Shown in pieces: positions 18,246 to 37,029 of a stretch of DNA of 64,000 bases. The stretch is taken from the NCBI RefSeq assembly GCF_009914755.1, contig NC_060937.1. One strand, given 5' to 3'. Source of the DNA: the human T2T-CHM13v2.0 reference genome, Homo sapiens. Each line of letters begins with the position of its first letter. The first letter of the stretch is position 1. A model generated the notes under the pieces. The model saw only the letters and a list, made by a program, of their open reading frames with translations, ran no database searches and was not told where the DNA came from. Made by a program: the position numbers and the translations under genes.

Positions 18246-18622
18246 AATTCAATTTTGCTGTAATTCCAAAAGCAATTAAGTCTACAGAGCAGCACAGATG
18301 TTTAATATTATTGTCTCCTAAACACAAGACTCTCACATTTGCTACATTAAAGAAACAGAATTAACATATCTAAGATGATAGGTAATGAGCAACTATGTAT
18401 AAATGAAAATGCATTTAAAACATCTAAGCCTTGAATAATATTATAATTATGTTCATTATATTGAATTTGAAAATTTACCAAAGTCTGAGGCATCATAAAT
18501 AATTTTCACCATATTATCAGCTGCACGTTTTACCAGATACTATTTCAATTTCCATAATTTCCAAGGCAGAAAATACTCCCTTTCACTGATCTGTAAATCT
18601 CCTATCTCACACTGACATATAA

Positions 18623-18970
<348 letters not shown>

Positions 18971-19279
18971 CCATACTTATTAAAAATTAAAAAGAATCCT
19001 ACCAGCATATTAAGAATGCTATAAATCAAGAACGTTTATATTAGCTAATTATGGTAAAGAACAACTGTGCAAGAAACATCAGGACTGGAGAGCTCTTTTG
19101 GGCCTTTCAGGCTGTTTCTAACATTCTAACTCCTGACCATCGAAATGGCTGCTTCACAATATCCAATTAATCAAGAAATACCATTCGTTCCATGAACTTA
19201 ACCCATTACAGTAGAACTGAGAGCATGGCCTGCCTTAACACCAAAATCTGCCTGCATTTCAAATTCCTATGATTGCGCT

Positions 19280-19520
19280 TCACTGTAGCACAGTAAGGAG
19301 CATCAGATAAAACTGAGTTTGAATCCCAACTGTGCTACTTACCAGCTAAGTGGCATGGATGTTGGGCAACTTACTGAACTGTGAAGCCACATTTTCCTCA
19401 TCTGCAAAATGTTAATATTATCTTTTCATAGGATGAGAATCAAGCAAGATAATGAGTTTTAAAATGTTAATACATCAGGTTTAACACAGATACTGAATAA
19501 ATGGTAGCTGGTATTCTTTA
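19280..19520 (+). mobile_element. MIR
   Basis: gagtttgaatcccaactgtgctacttaccagct...ttgggcaacttact...ttcctcatctgcaaaat. Confidence 0.8.
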
Positions 19521-19727
19521 CTACTACTGCTGCACTATATAATACAATAATCACTGACTTTGACGAACTTTATTTACATTTTACTGTGTTATTTACATAC
19601 TCTGCAAATGTGATCTGTTTCAGATCTATACATTCTTAGAAGACAGGAATTATAGCTAAACAATTTTCTCTCTGTAGCACCTAACAATCAAGTTCTAAAT
19701 AAGGAATGTACTTCCATAGTTTCCTGA

Positions 19728-20015
19728 TTTTTTTTTTTTTGAGTCAGAGTCTCGCTGTGTAGCCCAGGCTGGAGTGCAGTGGTGCAATCTTGGCTCACTG
19801 CAACTTCTGCCTCCCAGGTTCAAGTGATACCTCCCACCTCAGCTTCCCAAGTAGCTGGGATTGCAAGCATGCACCACCGTGCCTAATTTTTGTATAGTAG
19901 AGATGGGGTTTTGCCATGTTGGCTGGGCTGGTCTGGAACTCCTGACCTCAGGAGATCCACCTGCCTGGGCTTCCCAAACTGCTGGGATTACAGGCGTGAG
20001 CCACTGTGCCAGGCC
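19728..20015 (-). mobile_element. AluS
   Basis: Reverse Alu dimer with poly-T head. Confidence 0.93.
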
Positions 20016-20399
20016 TATTTTTAATTTTTTTCATTTATAAAATAGCCGATTATCTTGAACCCAAAATGTACGCCTCCTCAAATTACCCGGCTTTAGAAGA
20101 GGATGCTTTCTCTAACCTGGTAATTAATTTAAGGTTTACAAAAAAACCCCACAATGAAATAAAGTAATGTGCTAGTAATCTATTAATATCTTCGATATTT
20201 CAATATCTGCCATAAAACTTGGTCATTAACTCACTTTTTGAAAATATTTTCTCCACCTTAAGTAGAACTGGTTATCAAACAATGAGTCAGTTTTTCATCT
20301 GCAGGTTCTAGCTCATATTTATAAAATACTGGCACTAATCAGAAAATCTCTCTCTTCTGACGATCAAATGTATCTCATGCTATAAGTCTAGATAGTTCA

Positions 20400-21560
20400 G
20401 AATTGCATAGTTTTGAACGAAAAGTCTACTGTAATTATTACTTCTGTTTGTAATGTGTCTTTTCTGCCCTGGTTGCCTTTAAGGTTTTCTCTTTATCTTT
20501 GGTTTCCAGCCGTTTGACAACAATGTATCCAGGTATATTCTTTCTGATTGTTTGTCCTGCTTGGGATTCTTGAAGCTTCTTGGATCTCTGGTGTGCTTTT
20601 CATTATTTTTGGCAAATTCTCAGTTATTATGCCATCAAATATTTCTCCGGCCTTGTTATTGCTCTCTTTTCCTTTCTGGAACTTGAATTGCATGTATGTT
20701 ACACTGGCTGGTATTGTCCCAGAGTTCTTGGATGCTTGGTTTTGTTTTTGTTTCCCATCCCCTACTCCTTTCCCCACTCTGTATTTCAGTTTAAATAATT
20801 TCTACTGACCTAATCTATCTTTAAATTCACTGATTCCTTCCCTAGTTTCATCGAGTGTATGGATGAGCTTCTCAAAGGAATTCTTCATATGTGATATCGT
20901 GGCTTTATTACCTACATTTGCATTTGACTGTAGTTTTTTTTGTAGTTTCCACTTCTCCTTATCTGTTCATACATGTTATCCATGTTTTCCGTCTTGTCCT
21001 TTAATGGTTGTTTAAGTCCCTGACAGACAGTGACTTTGAAGTTATTCTAGTTGTTAGTTATTTTCAAGTTCCTCAGTTTGCTTTTATTGATTAGCTTTAT
21101 CTTGGAGCAGGGAGTCAGGGTTTTCTGCTATTTCTGCAGCAGCAGCCAATCACTTCCTACAACACGGAGGAAGCCTGTCTGCTTTCCCACCCTGCTCTCA
21201 TGAGCACCCAGAGGAGGCCGACAGAAAATGGCCTACAAGTGAATGCAAACTCCTCCAGTATCAGGGCCCTCAGATATTCCAGATTGATATTCCAGTCCAC
21301 ACTGGGACTCTAACAATTCGCTAAAGTGTTACTGATCTCTTCTTACCCCTTTGTACGGCAGTCAGCCTTTCCACCCATGATCTGCCACAGGTGAGCCATC
21401 TGTATCTCTTTGGATTCAGACACCTCGAGGGCCCTGAGACCTCAGCTTCCCTATGAGCTTGAGAAAAGTTAGCATTCTACCTGCCTTTTCCTGTAGGAAG
21501 GTTGGTTGCCAGCACTGCTCTTTCGAGCTTTCTGCATCCTAGGTGGATGGGCAAATCCCA
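20400..21560 (-). mobile_element. Old L1M 5'/ORF1 remnant
   Basis: ORF 20493..20777 encodes EIFDGIITENLPKIMK..PEIQEASRIPSR, a degenerate L1 ORF1p motif (ENFP..L...IQE..RTP.R). Confidence 0.8.
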
Positions 21561-21779
21561 AACAGTTCAGACTTTCATTAAGTAATATCATTTGGGCTTA
21601 GCCTCCAAAGGAGAAAAATCAAACCAAACCAAACCAAACACAAAGGCAGAAAAGCTTTACAAAGGGTGAACTATGCTTTTAAGTCAGGAATTACACACCA
21701 TCAGAGACTATCATGAAGAAACTTGTAAAGCTTTGGCACGTATGACAGACAGCATAGCTGAGCACTGTCTCAAGCAGTT

Positions 21780-21999
21780 TGGTCAGTCGAGTGAGAATCC
21801 CCCTTTCCTCACCTTAGTAATTTTTTATCCTCCAACTCCCTCCACTCCCTCATTCCTTGGCTATAAATCTCCACTTTTCCTTGTTGAATATGGAGTTGAG
21901 CAGAATCTCTCCCCCACTACCAAACCTCACTGCAGTAGCCCCCCGATAAAGTCTGCCTTACTGTTCTTTAATAACTTTCATGAATAATTTTTCCTGTAA
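21780..21999 (+). mobile_element. ERV1 LTR 3' fragment (MER31-like)
   Basis: ccttggctataaatctccac...ggagttgag...ataaagtctgcctta...gaataatttttcctgtaaca. Confidence 0.6.
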
Positions 22000-22496
22000 C
22001 AAGAACAATAAAACATCATCCTTTGCCCTCAAAAGCATTAAAATTCCGATACCTGCATCACAAGAAGGTGGAGTCTGTGAGGCATGCTGCAGGTGTGTAA
22101 CGTCGGGCTTGTTGATTCAATTTGTTTGTGTACCCCTCAAAATTCGATCCTGTGATTCAGGTATGCTGCCCCTTGATGGCAAAGGCACTTCCATCCAAAA
22201 TTTGTTTTACTGATACTTCAACAAGTTCCCCCACAAAAGGATCAGTAAACATTCAGTGTTTACTGAATGAACACTTAATAACTCAATAAAACATTCAGTG
22301 AATATAATTTATATATTTAATACACAATTAGCATACAATTGATAGATGAGGAAGTTAGATAAGGAAAAATGAAAGCAGAAAAATAAAATGAGGTCAGAAT
22401 TGAGGTTAGGCACATTAAAACATGTTTCCTGTAACTCCGTGTCATTGTCACAGTTGGGCCATACACTTAGTTCTGGGTTTTGCAGTGAGCTAAGCA

Positions 22497-23234
22497 GCGT
22501 TAAAAGAAAAACTTTGGACAAATTAAATTTAACAGAGTTTGGCTAGGCGCGTTGGTTCACTCCTGTAATCCCAGCACTTTGGAAGGCTGAGGCAAGCTGA
22601 TCACTTGAGGTCAAGGGTTCGAGGCCAGTCTGGCCAACATGGTGAAACCCTGTATCTACTTAAAAAAAAAAAAAATTAGCTGGGCCTGGTGGCGGGTGCC
22701 TGTAATCCCAGCTACTCAGGAGGCTGAGGCATGAGAATCGCTGGAACGCGAATGCGGGAGGTAGAGGATGCAGTGTGACAAGATCGCACCACTGCACTCC
22801 AGCCTGGGTGACAGAGCGAGACTCTGTCTCAAAAATTAATAAAAATAAATAAATGAATAAATAAATAAATAAATAAACTTAACAGAGTTAAACAGAGCAA
22901 AGGACACCTTAAAAATTGGGCAGTCCCTGGAACCAGAATAGGTTCAGAGAGACTCAGGAACTGCCATATAGTCTGATAATATTTATGGACAGAAAAAGGA
23001 AAATGACCTACAGAAAACAGATGTGAGGTACAGAAATAGCTGGGTTGGTTACAGTTCACATTTGCCTTATTTGAACAAGGTTTGAACAGCCTGTGATTGG
23101 CTGAAACTCTGTGATTGGTACAAGGGTAGGTTACAGGCTGTTTATACCTCTAGTAAGGTTAGAGTTCATTATGTATGGAGAAATCTTTAAGCCTAATTTA
23201 AAATATGTAAGGCAGCTTTAGGCTAAATGTAACA
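22497..23234 (-). mobile_element. ERV1 LTR (MER57-like) with nested AluS (22541-22876, plus)
   Basis: ttaaaagaaaaactttggacaaattaaatttaacagagtt...atttatggacagaaaaaggaaa...gtgattggctgaaact; Alu TSD ttaacagagtt. Confidence 0.75.
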
Positions 23235-23287
23235 GCGGAGAGGGAAATTCAATGATGTGCCTCATTCTAATTTCTGTGAGTAGTGGT

Positions 23288-24058
23288 CTAGATCCCTTAC
23301 CTGAAATTCCATAATCCGTTAAGGTCTGAAGACTGGAAAGTTTTCATAAATTTGACCAAAAAAAACATTAGATGGCAAGACCTGACCTGGACAAATGTGA
23401 AGTTTGTAAAGTATTTATCTTTTAAAAATATTTACCCTTACACTTCGTGAATATGCAGAAATATGAATGTGTTTCACTACTGGGTACTCTACCAGAACTA
23501 GCTAGGTTTATTCATTTCTTTTAATTCAACATCCACAGTATAAGGTTAAACAAAAATTATGGGAGGCCATTGTTTTATACTGAGCTCCTACACTGGGCCC
23601 CAGTAGACAAAACCAAACCAAATGGAGTCACTCATGCTAAATGCCACACAATCAAACCAAAGTTTTAGAGAAGCAGGTAGATCCCATACAGTCCGGTGTT
23701 TCCTGAAAATAGGAGATCGCAGTCTACCTGAGTCAGTGTCATATGGAAGCTCCCTTTGCTTTAACGCTTACAAAAGAGGAACCTGATGCTAATCAATCGG
23801 CTTTTTTTTCTGGTGTTCTGTTTCCTTGTTCCCACCTTATAAAGCCCACTCTTCTGCTATTGCCCAGGGGTAGCTTTCATTCTACTTTGTAGAATAGAGG
23901 CTGCCTAATTCATGAATCACATATAAAAGTCAAACGGATCTATAACCAAATTTGTTGCAATTTTTTCTTCTCATAAACCATATTAATTTTCTAAAAATCC
24001 AGAAAATTCTGAATTCCAAAACATCTAATCCCGAAGTTTTAGATAGAGAACTATAAAT
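23288..24058. mobile_element. Tigger4/MER46-type MITE interrupted by an ERV1 LTR (~23540-23975)
   Basis: Ends atcccttacctgaaattcc and tctgaattccaaaacatct...ttttagatagagaa; internal tatgggaggccattgtttt...aaatggagtcactcatgctaa is LTR-like. Confidence 0.6.
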
Positions 24059-24116
24059 CTCTATGTGTTATATACATTTGGTCTGAAATACAGCGTAAAT
24101 TCTCCACTTTTTATTA

Positions 24117-24450
<334 letters not shown>

Positions 24451-26047
24451 TCATTCCAAGTGTTCTACACACAGTATATTGTACATGTCTCCCCAATGAG
24501 GTTTACAGATGTGTCATTTAAAAAATGGGTTAAGTGTGAGAAACTCTTCGAGCACTCTTAATTTTGTATCTATAGAATCCAGTTGAGTGAAGTTACTTGG
24601 CCTTCCCTTGATGTTGTCCAACTCTCGTGCTTGTGTTGACTGAACAGAGGCCCTGCCTGTGGTAGAAGAGCCAACAATAAAAGCAGGTCAGATTGTCTAG
24701 GAAATTCACTCAAGTAAACACCTTTCTTGGGGATTCCAGTTATTAGCATATTAAATTATATGTAGTCCTACCTTTATAGAAACCCATTTAATGCTACACC
24801 CATTTTCCAAAATTATTTGAGCACAGAACACCTGCTCCCTCCACCCCATACATCTTTTATAATCAGGTGATTTAATATGTACAACACTAGTTGGAAAATG
24901 ACTTGGTAAAGCAATTAAATGTAACTTTCACTAATAAAAGAAAGAATTCTTATAAATAAAACATCGTAAAGAAATAAAGGAATAAATACAGCTGTTATTC
25001 TGGCTATCTTACAGCTTCTTTCCAGTCTTATATTTACACCCACTTTATTAGAAAGCTTCTCTTCAGCTCTTCTCCATCGCACCTGGCTCTGCCTCTCCCA
25101 GGCCAGCACAGCCCCCAGACATTCTGGGAACTTGCCTGCAGGGTGTCCTGCCGCTCTGGTGCCTGAGCCAGTTCCAATGCCCCATCAGAGTGTGCATTTC
25201 TAAGGAATGAAAGTTGATGGAGCTCATGAAAGCACACTAATTTGCCTTTCCTTATGGCCAGGGAACAAATGGATAGAGCACAGAAGGTGCTGTATGTTCT
25301 GGTCTCCTCAATGCATTAGCAGATCCACAAAACTCATTCTGATTTCTCTGCTCCAAAACAGAAGAAAAATAGCCAGCATCCAACACTGCCTCCATACTGA
25401 AAAACGCCAAATAATACCAACTGCAAGCTCCACATTTCCCTCCTGCAACATTTTCTTTTTCCACAGTGAAGAGGGAGATTCCCACTCTGTTATTTTTTCA
25501 GATATCACCTATCAACTATTATTTTTATGGAGGCATTTTATTGAAATACAATAGTAAATCTAGTTATACCCTCAGTAAAGCTTTGCAATCTGCAACCTTT
25601 ACAAACTATCTTACTATAGAGTTGTTCAGAAACAGTTTTCTATAAAATCTGTATCCCTTAACAAGGGCAGACTATTTTAAACATGGATTGAGAATTTATG
25701 TTAATGTGAATTTATTTCAAAGCAATTTTTACTGAGTGAACTTTATACTTCAGATAATTTATGCCCCTTCCTAGTTTCTTTCATAAAAATATCTGCAGAT
25801 TTTTTTTTGTCACTATAGAATCCCACCAAGTCCAAATGAGCCCTGGTTTGAAGCTGGCTGCCTCCTGTGCTTACGAAATGGGCTGTAAGAGAAGACAGAG
25901 CAAGAAAAGCAGGTGAGACCTGTCACAAGACTTTCTGGGCTCATCTTCACCGAGCATCCCACCCTGTGCAAGGCATCCTACTAAGCAGCTGGGTAATACA
26001 CAATGAATCTCACCTGATCCTGCTACCTGGAACCAGAAAAGGAATGT

Positions 26048-26356
26048 ACAACCTGCAGTATCTGAGGGGGGTTGGTTCCAGGACCTTCCTCCAAGAACAA
26101 AATCCATACATGTTCAAGTCCCTGGTATAAAATAGTATAGTATTTGCAGATAACCTAGATGCATATCCTCTTATATACTTTAAATCATGTCTAGACTACT
26201 TGTAATACCTAATACAAAGTAGCTATGTAAATAGTTGTTACACTGTACTGCTTTTTTACTTGCATTTTAATAATTGTGTTGTTATTATTACTATTTTTTC
26301 CAAGTATTTTTGACCCATGGTTAGTTGACTGTGTGGACACAGAAGGGCCAAATGTA
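26048..26356 (+). mobile_element. MER2
   Basis: ggggttggttccaggacc...caagtccctggtataaaatagtatagtatttgca...gacacagaagggccaaatgta. Confidence 0.8.
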
Positions 26357-27259
26357 TTTCAGGATTCATAAAGCATGGGAAAATGCACCAAGAGCCACAA
26401 AAGAGGTGCAGATAAAGCACTAAAGGAATTTAGAAGAGAGTAATCATTCACAGTGTTGGAAAAGCAATTACCCTAACAATAAATGGTGCCATTTGTACTA
26501 CCGTAACAGTGGTATTTCAAAAGCAGAGATCAAACATCGTGGGTGGTTTTTTAAAATACGAAAATGGTAGAAATGTTGTTTCTACTATTGGAATATAATA
26601 TGCCAGTAATTAACTACAGTGACCTAATGTGCTTACTGTAATAATCCAACCTGAATTTTTCCACAATTACCACTGTATTTAAAACAGTAATTTCTGTGTT
26701 TATTTTTAAAAACTCAAGATTTGACTATATGACTATAACAAGACAATGCAGCCTGTCTAATATGCTAAAGTTGCCTATAAACTAAAAAGAACTGACTTAA
26801 AAGCCCTGGAGTGGTTGCCTCACATTGCCCCACCCCGCAAGGCTGTACTACGGTTGGGTAACCAAATGCTCCTGTTTCAAGCATTTAGCTAATTGATTCA
26901 TCCTATCCCGATGATGCATTCAATGACTTAAACTTAGATTTCTAGAGCCCCAACTAGACTGTGAGACACAATCAGCCATTGCTGTGTGAAAGGTCCCCTT
27001 AAAGGACACTAGGGAGTGGGGGCCCCACCCTCTTTGTGTACCCAAACACACAGCTGTGCAAGAGAGGACTCCCAGTGCTCATTTATTCTATTGTTTGTTA
27101 ATGCCAGAACACATTTACAGCCAGAAAGGGAAAATGAAAGACTATAAAACTGACCTCCTTCTTATATTAAGAAGGTAAAAATCTGTGTCTTGCTCAGAAT
27201 TGCAACTTTTTTTTTTTTTCCTAAATATGGATTGTAAGAACAGTAATTACCCAACTATG

Positions 27260-27490
27260 TGAAGTCCAAAGCAAGTAGAGACCAGCAGCATCTGGGCGCT
27301 TCTTTTTTTTTTTGAGACAGAGTCTTGCTCTGTTACCCAGGCTGGAGTGCAGTGGCATGATCTCGGCTCACTGCAACCTCCGCTGGGCGCTTCCTGGAAA
27401 TACAGAATCCTGAACCCACTTCACATCCATTAAATCAGAATCTGCATCTTATCCAGATCCCCAGGTGATTGTGTGTTAAAGTTTTAGATA
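27260..27490. mobile_element. MER5A (hAT-Charlie MITE) interrupted by a truncated Alu (27303-27382, minus)
   Basis: accagcagcatc...gaaatacagaatc...aatcagaatctgcat...agatccccaggtgatt...ttaaagttt. Confidence 0.8.
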
Positions 27491-27957
27491 CCTGACTTAG
27501 AAAAAGAAACAGTCATTACAATGACTTGAAAAACAAAGATGAGCAAACTTAAATTGTTCTAATTTTACAAGCAGAAAAATGGTCCGTAAGGAGGAGCACT
27601 GTGTGAAAGACGAAGGCTTGGGTGTGAGTTAGGCATCCTGCTGTTGCTACTCTTTTGCCTCTTAGCCTAACAAAATCTCAGAGTATCCTATTTTCTCATT
27701 TGTAAAATGAGGATAAAAATACCTCTGCCACAAAATTAGTATGAAGGTTCAATAAGGTGACAATTAGTTAATGAACTTCTAAAATGTATTAACTGAATAG
27801 AAGAAATTCAGGTCCCTGCATCTGAAACATCTGACTTTCTCAATGCTGTCACAGCTTGGGTGACCACACATGGAGGTGGGCATGACAGTCCTACGTTATG
27901 ACTGCCATCTTGGTGTGATCAATAATAGCACTCCTTTCTTTCTTAACAGCATTTGGA

Positions 27958-28282
<325 letters not shown>

Positions 28283-30329
28283 TCACCCTATTAATAACTA
28301 ACTTACTGAGTGCTTCATATGAGCCAAACACTGCATCAGTTGTCCACAGCCTATGCTATACTGCCTTACCAAAGAGAGGAAGGTGTCAACTGTATCCTTG
28401 GGGTAAACAAAAGTGGCAATGTTTGTTGACCACGCATAGGAACAAAAACATTAAAACAAATAGCTTTCCCATTCTATGAAGCTAGCACAGCAATTTGGAA
28501 TGATTCTAAAAATAACACCAAAAAATACAAATGTTTGGTAAACATAGTTATCACCTGAATTCTCTGAATATTTTGTCATGAGCTTAAGTTGTAAGCATGT
28601 AATCTCATAAACTTGCTAAGTATTCTCTAACATTTCACAATCTCACTAGTCTAATTTAAATAACATTACATTAAAAGTTTGGTATCAAATTATTACAGAG
28701 CTAAGTCACTGTGATAAAATACCTTTTTTACTTATGACCATTGAGAAAATGTACTGTGGTGAGAAGCTGCATATATATTAACAGGTAAGACAATCTCTGG
28801 TACAAGTCCTTGTTATGGTGGTAATTCAACTCATCCTGAAGCAGAGAACTCCTACTGCTGATGTCCCTGGGCACGTGATAGGTCTAATGACAGAAAACTT
28901 GTTGAAACATAGTCATCCAAAACAAGAAAATACTTCAGCGGCATAAAGCCAGGCACCAGGCTGCCAAGCAGCAGCTCTGATTTCCCAGCTGATCCCATCC
29001 CACCCCAAGCTGTGTGTCACAGCACTGCATTTCCTCACGTGTCTATAATGGAAAAACAACTGGATTGCATGTCTCAACTAGCTTGTTTTGATATAACCAG
29101 TAATCCAGATGGCACATAATCAATAAAATAAAAATGTTGGCTAGGCCCAAGGAGACAAAACCTCAAGCCTAAATCCACAGGAAATACTACTTTTCACTTA
29201 CTTTTAAGTAGTGTTTTCTAACAAACTAAATAAGATGATCTAAGATTTAAAAACCCTTTAAAAATGCTTACACTTTATCACAGACCCACCGATGGTTTAA
29301 AGAAACATAGGTCAGATGGCTTTGAGTTTTGCAGGGTTCAACACTAAACATTTTAATGTGTGATAGGGATCCAACTTCCATTTTTTCTAAAAATATTCCA
29401 ATAATACTGTGCTTTACAGTTTGCGTCCATTATTAAATTTGTCCAAAAATTTTGAGGCAGGTATGGAGGCTTGCTAAATTTTAATTTTGACATATTTATT
29501 CCATTTATTTTATATAAAGGAGCAGAAAAGTCTCAGACAAGTTCAATGACTGGTCTAAAGCCAGCTGTGTATGGTGGTGGGGCCGGGCTCAGATCCATCT
29601 CTACTTCCCTGTTCAATGCTTTTGTCTAGACATAATTGAGAAGCATTAACACTGAAAGTAAGAAAAGTTCCAAAACAACCTAAATCTGCCAAAGTTAATC
29701 TAATGCTAGTTGCACTGTCATGTTTACCTTCGATGCTTTTTCACATCTCTTGAAAGAGGATGACAGGAGAAGATTTATTACAAGTATGTATGTCTCCTTG
29801 AAGATAGAACTTAAGCAATTTTAGCCTTGGGCTGACTTTCACAAACTAAGGCGAGAAACTAAATCTTACAATGATGCAGGACAGAAAAATTCTACAATGA
29901 AAGCACTAGAATGTTACTGTTCTAAAAATAACACTTAAAGTAGATATGGGGCTTCCATTTTATGAGACACATTGTCAGAAGTTTAGGCGATACATATTGA
30001 GGAATTTTTAACGAGAAAATACCTGGAAAAAGAAAATACTCACAATGTTATAATACTGACTTGATCAACTCTAACTGAACTTTAAGGAAATTCTAAGGTG
30101 AAACTAATAGATCTATTGCCCCCCTCATTATTATTGTGTGATCTTTGGAAAATTACCTACCCTGGCTGAGTCTAAGGTAGCCAGGGTAAGGAATCACAGT
30201 AACTACAGTTAGTCCATACAGTGTGGACAACTAGGTACCAACCATCAACTTCACAGACTGCCAGAAAGGACTAAATAAGAAAAAATTATGAGAGTGAGTA
30301 TTAACTTCTCTTAACATCGCTTTAAAAAT

Positions 30330-34970
<4,641 letters not shown>

Positions 34971-34979
34971 AGAGAAATT

Positions 34980-35310
34980 CATTACTTGGAGAGGCATCTC
35001 TTTCTGCTCTAATCATTTACGAGAAGAATCTCCTGAACTGAAATGAGCCTCCTTAGAATTCCCTTCCACTATTCCTAGTAATATTGTTTTTTCCTAGAAT
35101 GACTTTCTTCCTTTACATGGTATCCTTCAAATGGTATATGAAAGACTTGAGTTTCATTTTTCTAGTCTAAAAATGTCTTTTCTTAAACCCCTCCTAATGT
35201 GAAGTGGCTTCCGATTTTACAAATAAGCAGCAGCCACCCCTCAGGATGGTTTCTAGTTCATCAGCATCACTGTAAAACAGGCCCTCCAAAATTGATCAAA
35301 CACACTGGGA
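34980..35310 (-). mobile_element. L3/CR1 LINE 3' end fragment
   Basis: Reverse strand gtgtttgatcaattttggaggg...tgatgaactagaaaccatcctgaggggtggc...tttagactagaaaaatgaaactc...tttgaaggataccatgt is colinear with the L3 3' consensus as recalled. Confidence 0.6.
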
Positions 35311-35795
35311 CTGGCAGCCCAGCTCCAGGCAATATGCTGAGGACAAAGGGATATTGTGGGTAAAGATAAGGATAGTGGCAGTTTCTGTAGGGGTGGAGGA
35401 GTTAGTTGGAAACTGAGGAATTGAGGACAAAAGGGAACAGAGGCAGCTACTGTGAAGCAGGGGAAAGGGTGGGGCAACCAAGCATCTGGACTACTCAGGG
35501 GCTGGGCTAAGTCAATTAGGACACATATATTCACACATCTGGGGAAAATTCAGTCTGAGAAAGTGGGATGGGAACAGAACCTTAGAAATGCAAAGGAAAG
35601 GTAAAAGTATCAGACTTTTGCTCATTTTCAGAAATTTACCTAAAACCTGATGTGAAGAAATTGCAAATCTAGGGCACAGACAAATAGATCCTGCCTCCAT
35701 TAGGAATCAGGATCTGGGGACAGTGAGAGAAAGAAGAGGAAAACTCTGAGTACCCAAATGATCTGGGCGTCGGGGACAGCCTAGCTTCCCCATGG

Positions 35796-35796
<1 letters not shown>

Positions 35797-35826
<30 letters not shown>
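35797..35826 (+). repeat. G30 homopolymer
   Basis: 30 consecutive G counted. Confidence 0.95.
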
Positions 35827-35827
<1 letters not shown>

Positions 35828-35839
35828 TGTGGATGGGAA

Positions 35840-36269
35840 TTGCCTTACTGCATTTTGTGTTGCTATAACAGAATATCTGAGACTGGGTAAATTATAAAGA
35901 ACAGAAGCTTATGTAGCTTACAATTCTGTAGGCTAGGAACTTCAAGACTGGGCAACACATCCGGCAGCTTCTGGTGAGAGCCTTGTGCTGCATCAAAGCA
36001 TGGCAGAGAAATGGAAGGGGAACCTGATGCATATGTAAAGAGCAAAATACAAGAGGCAACCTCGCTTCATAACAACCTGCTCTCGTGGGAACTGATCTGT
36101 TCCCATGAGAACTAATCCATTCCAGAGAGAACCCAGCCTCCAGAGAGAGCTATTACTCCATCTAAAGGACCTAATCACATCTCAAATGCACCACCTACCA
36201 ATACCACCATGTTGGGGACCAAGTTTTAACATAAGTTTTGGTGGAGCAAACCATATTCTAACCACAGCA
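35840..36269 (-). mobile_element. MaLR solo LTR (MST-type)
   Basis: cattttgtgttgctataacagaatatctgagactgggtaa...acctaatcacatctc...aaaccatattctaaccacagca. Confidence 0.85.
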
Positions 36270-36435
36270 GAGGTCAAGGGGCAGGCTATTAGACTGCACG
36301 GTGAAGGTGCTTAGCATTTTCAATGCTGGGTATAGGGGTTTAGACTGTCTTCTTTCCTTGAATCTAAGAACCCAATATTTGTAAAGAGCCACTGTGATTT
36401 TATGACAGATTTGGGGAGAGAGCACACTATGCCAC

Positions 36436-36862
36436 TGCTATAGCTTGAGTATCTGTCCCCTCCAAAACCCATGTTGAAATTTAAGCCCCAGTGGGGCTTA
36501 AATACCCCTTCTCCAGGCAGTATTGAGAGATCACTGGGTCATGAGGGCTCTGCCCTCATAAATGGATTAATTCATCCATTGATTATAATGGATTAAGAGA
36601 TTATCATGGGAGTGGGACTGCTGGCTTTATAAGAAGAGGAAGAGAGACCTGAGCTAGCATGTGAGCACACTCAGTCCCTCGCCATGTGAGGCCCTGAGCC
36701 ACCTTGGGACTCTGCAGAGTCCCCACCAGTAGGAAGGCGCTCATCAGATACGGCCCCTTGACCTTGGACTTCTCAGCCTCCATAACTGTAAAAAATAGAT
36801 TCCTTTTCTTTAGAAATTATCCATTTTCAGGTATTCTAAGGAACAGAGAACAGACTAATATA
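36436..36862 (+). mobile_element. MaLR solo LTR (MST-type), head-to-head with the previous LTR
   Basis: tgctatagcttgagtatctgtcccctccaaaacccatgttgaaatttaa...gaccttggacttctcagcctcc...cagactaatata. Confidence 0.88.
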
Positions 36863-37029
36863 GCTATTAAATATAAATAGGTAAATAACAAGGGGATCCC
36901 ACTTTCAGAGAATGATCAAAACATTAAAAAAAAGAAAGTTGCATCTTAGAAAGGTTTAGGAAGGACAAGAATCATGCTTCCAGGAGAATGAGGCCACCTA
37001 TATATAATTCTGTGCTAATTTGGAGCAAC

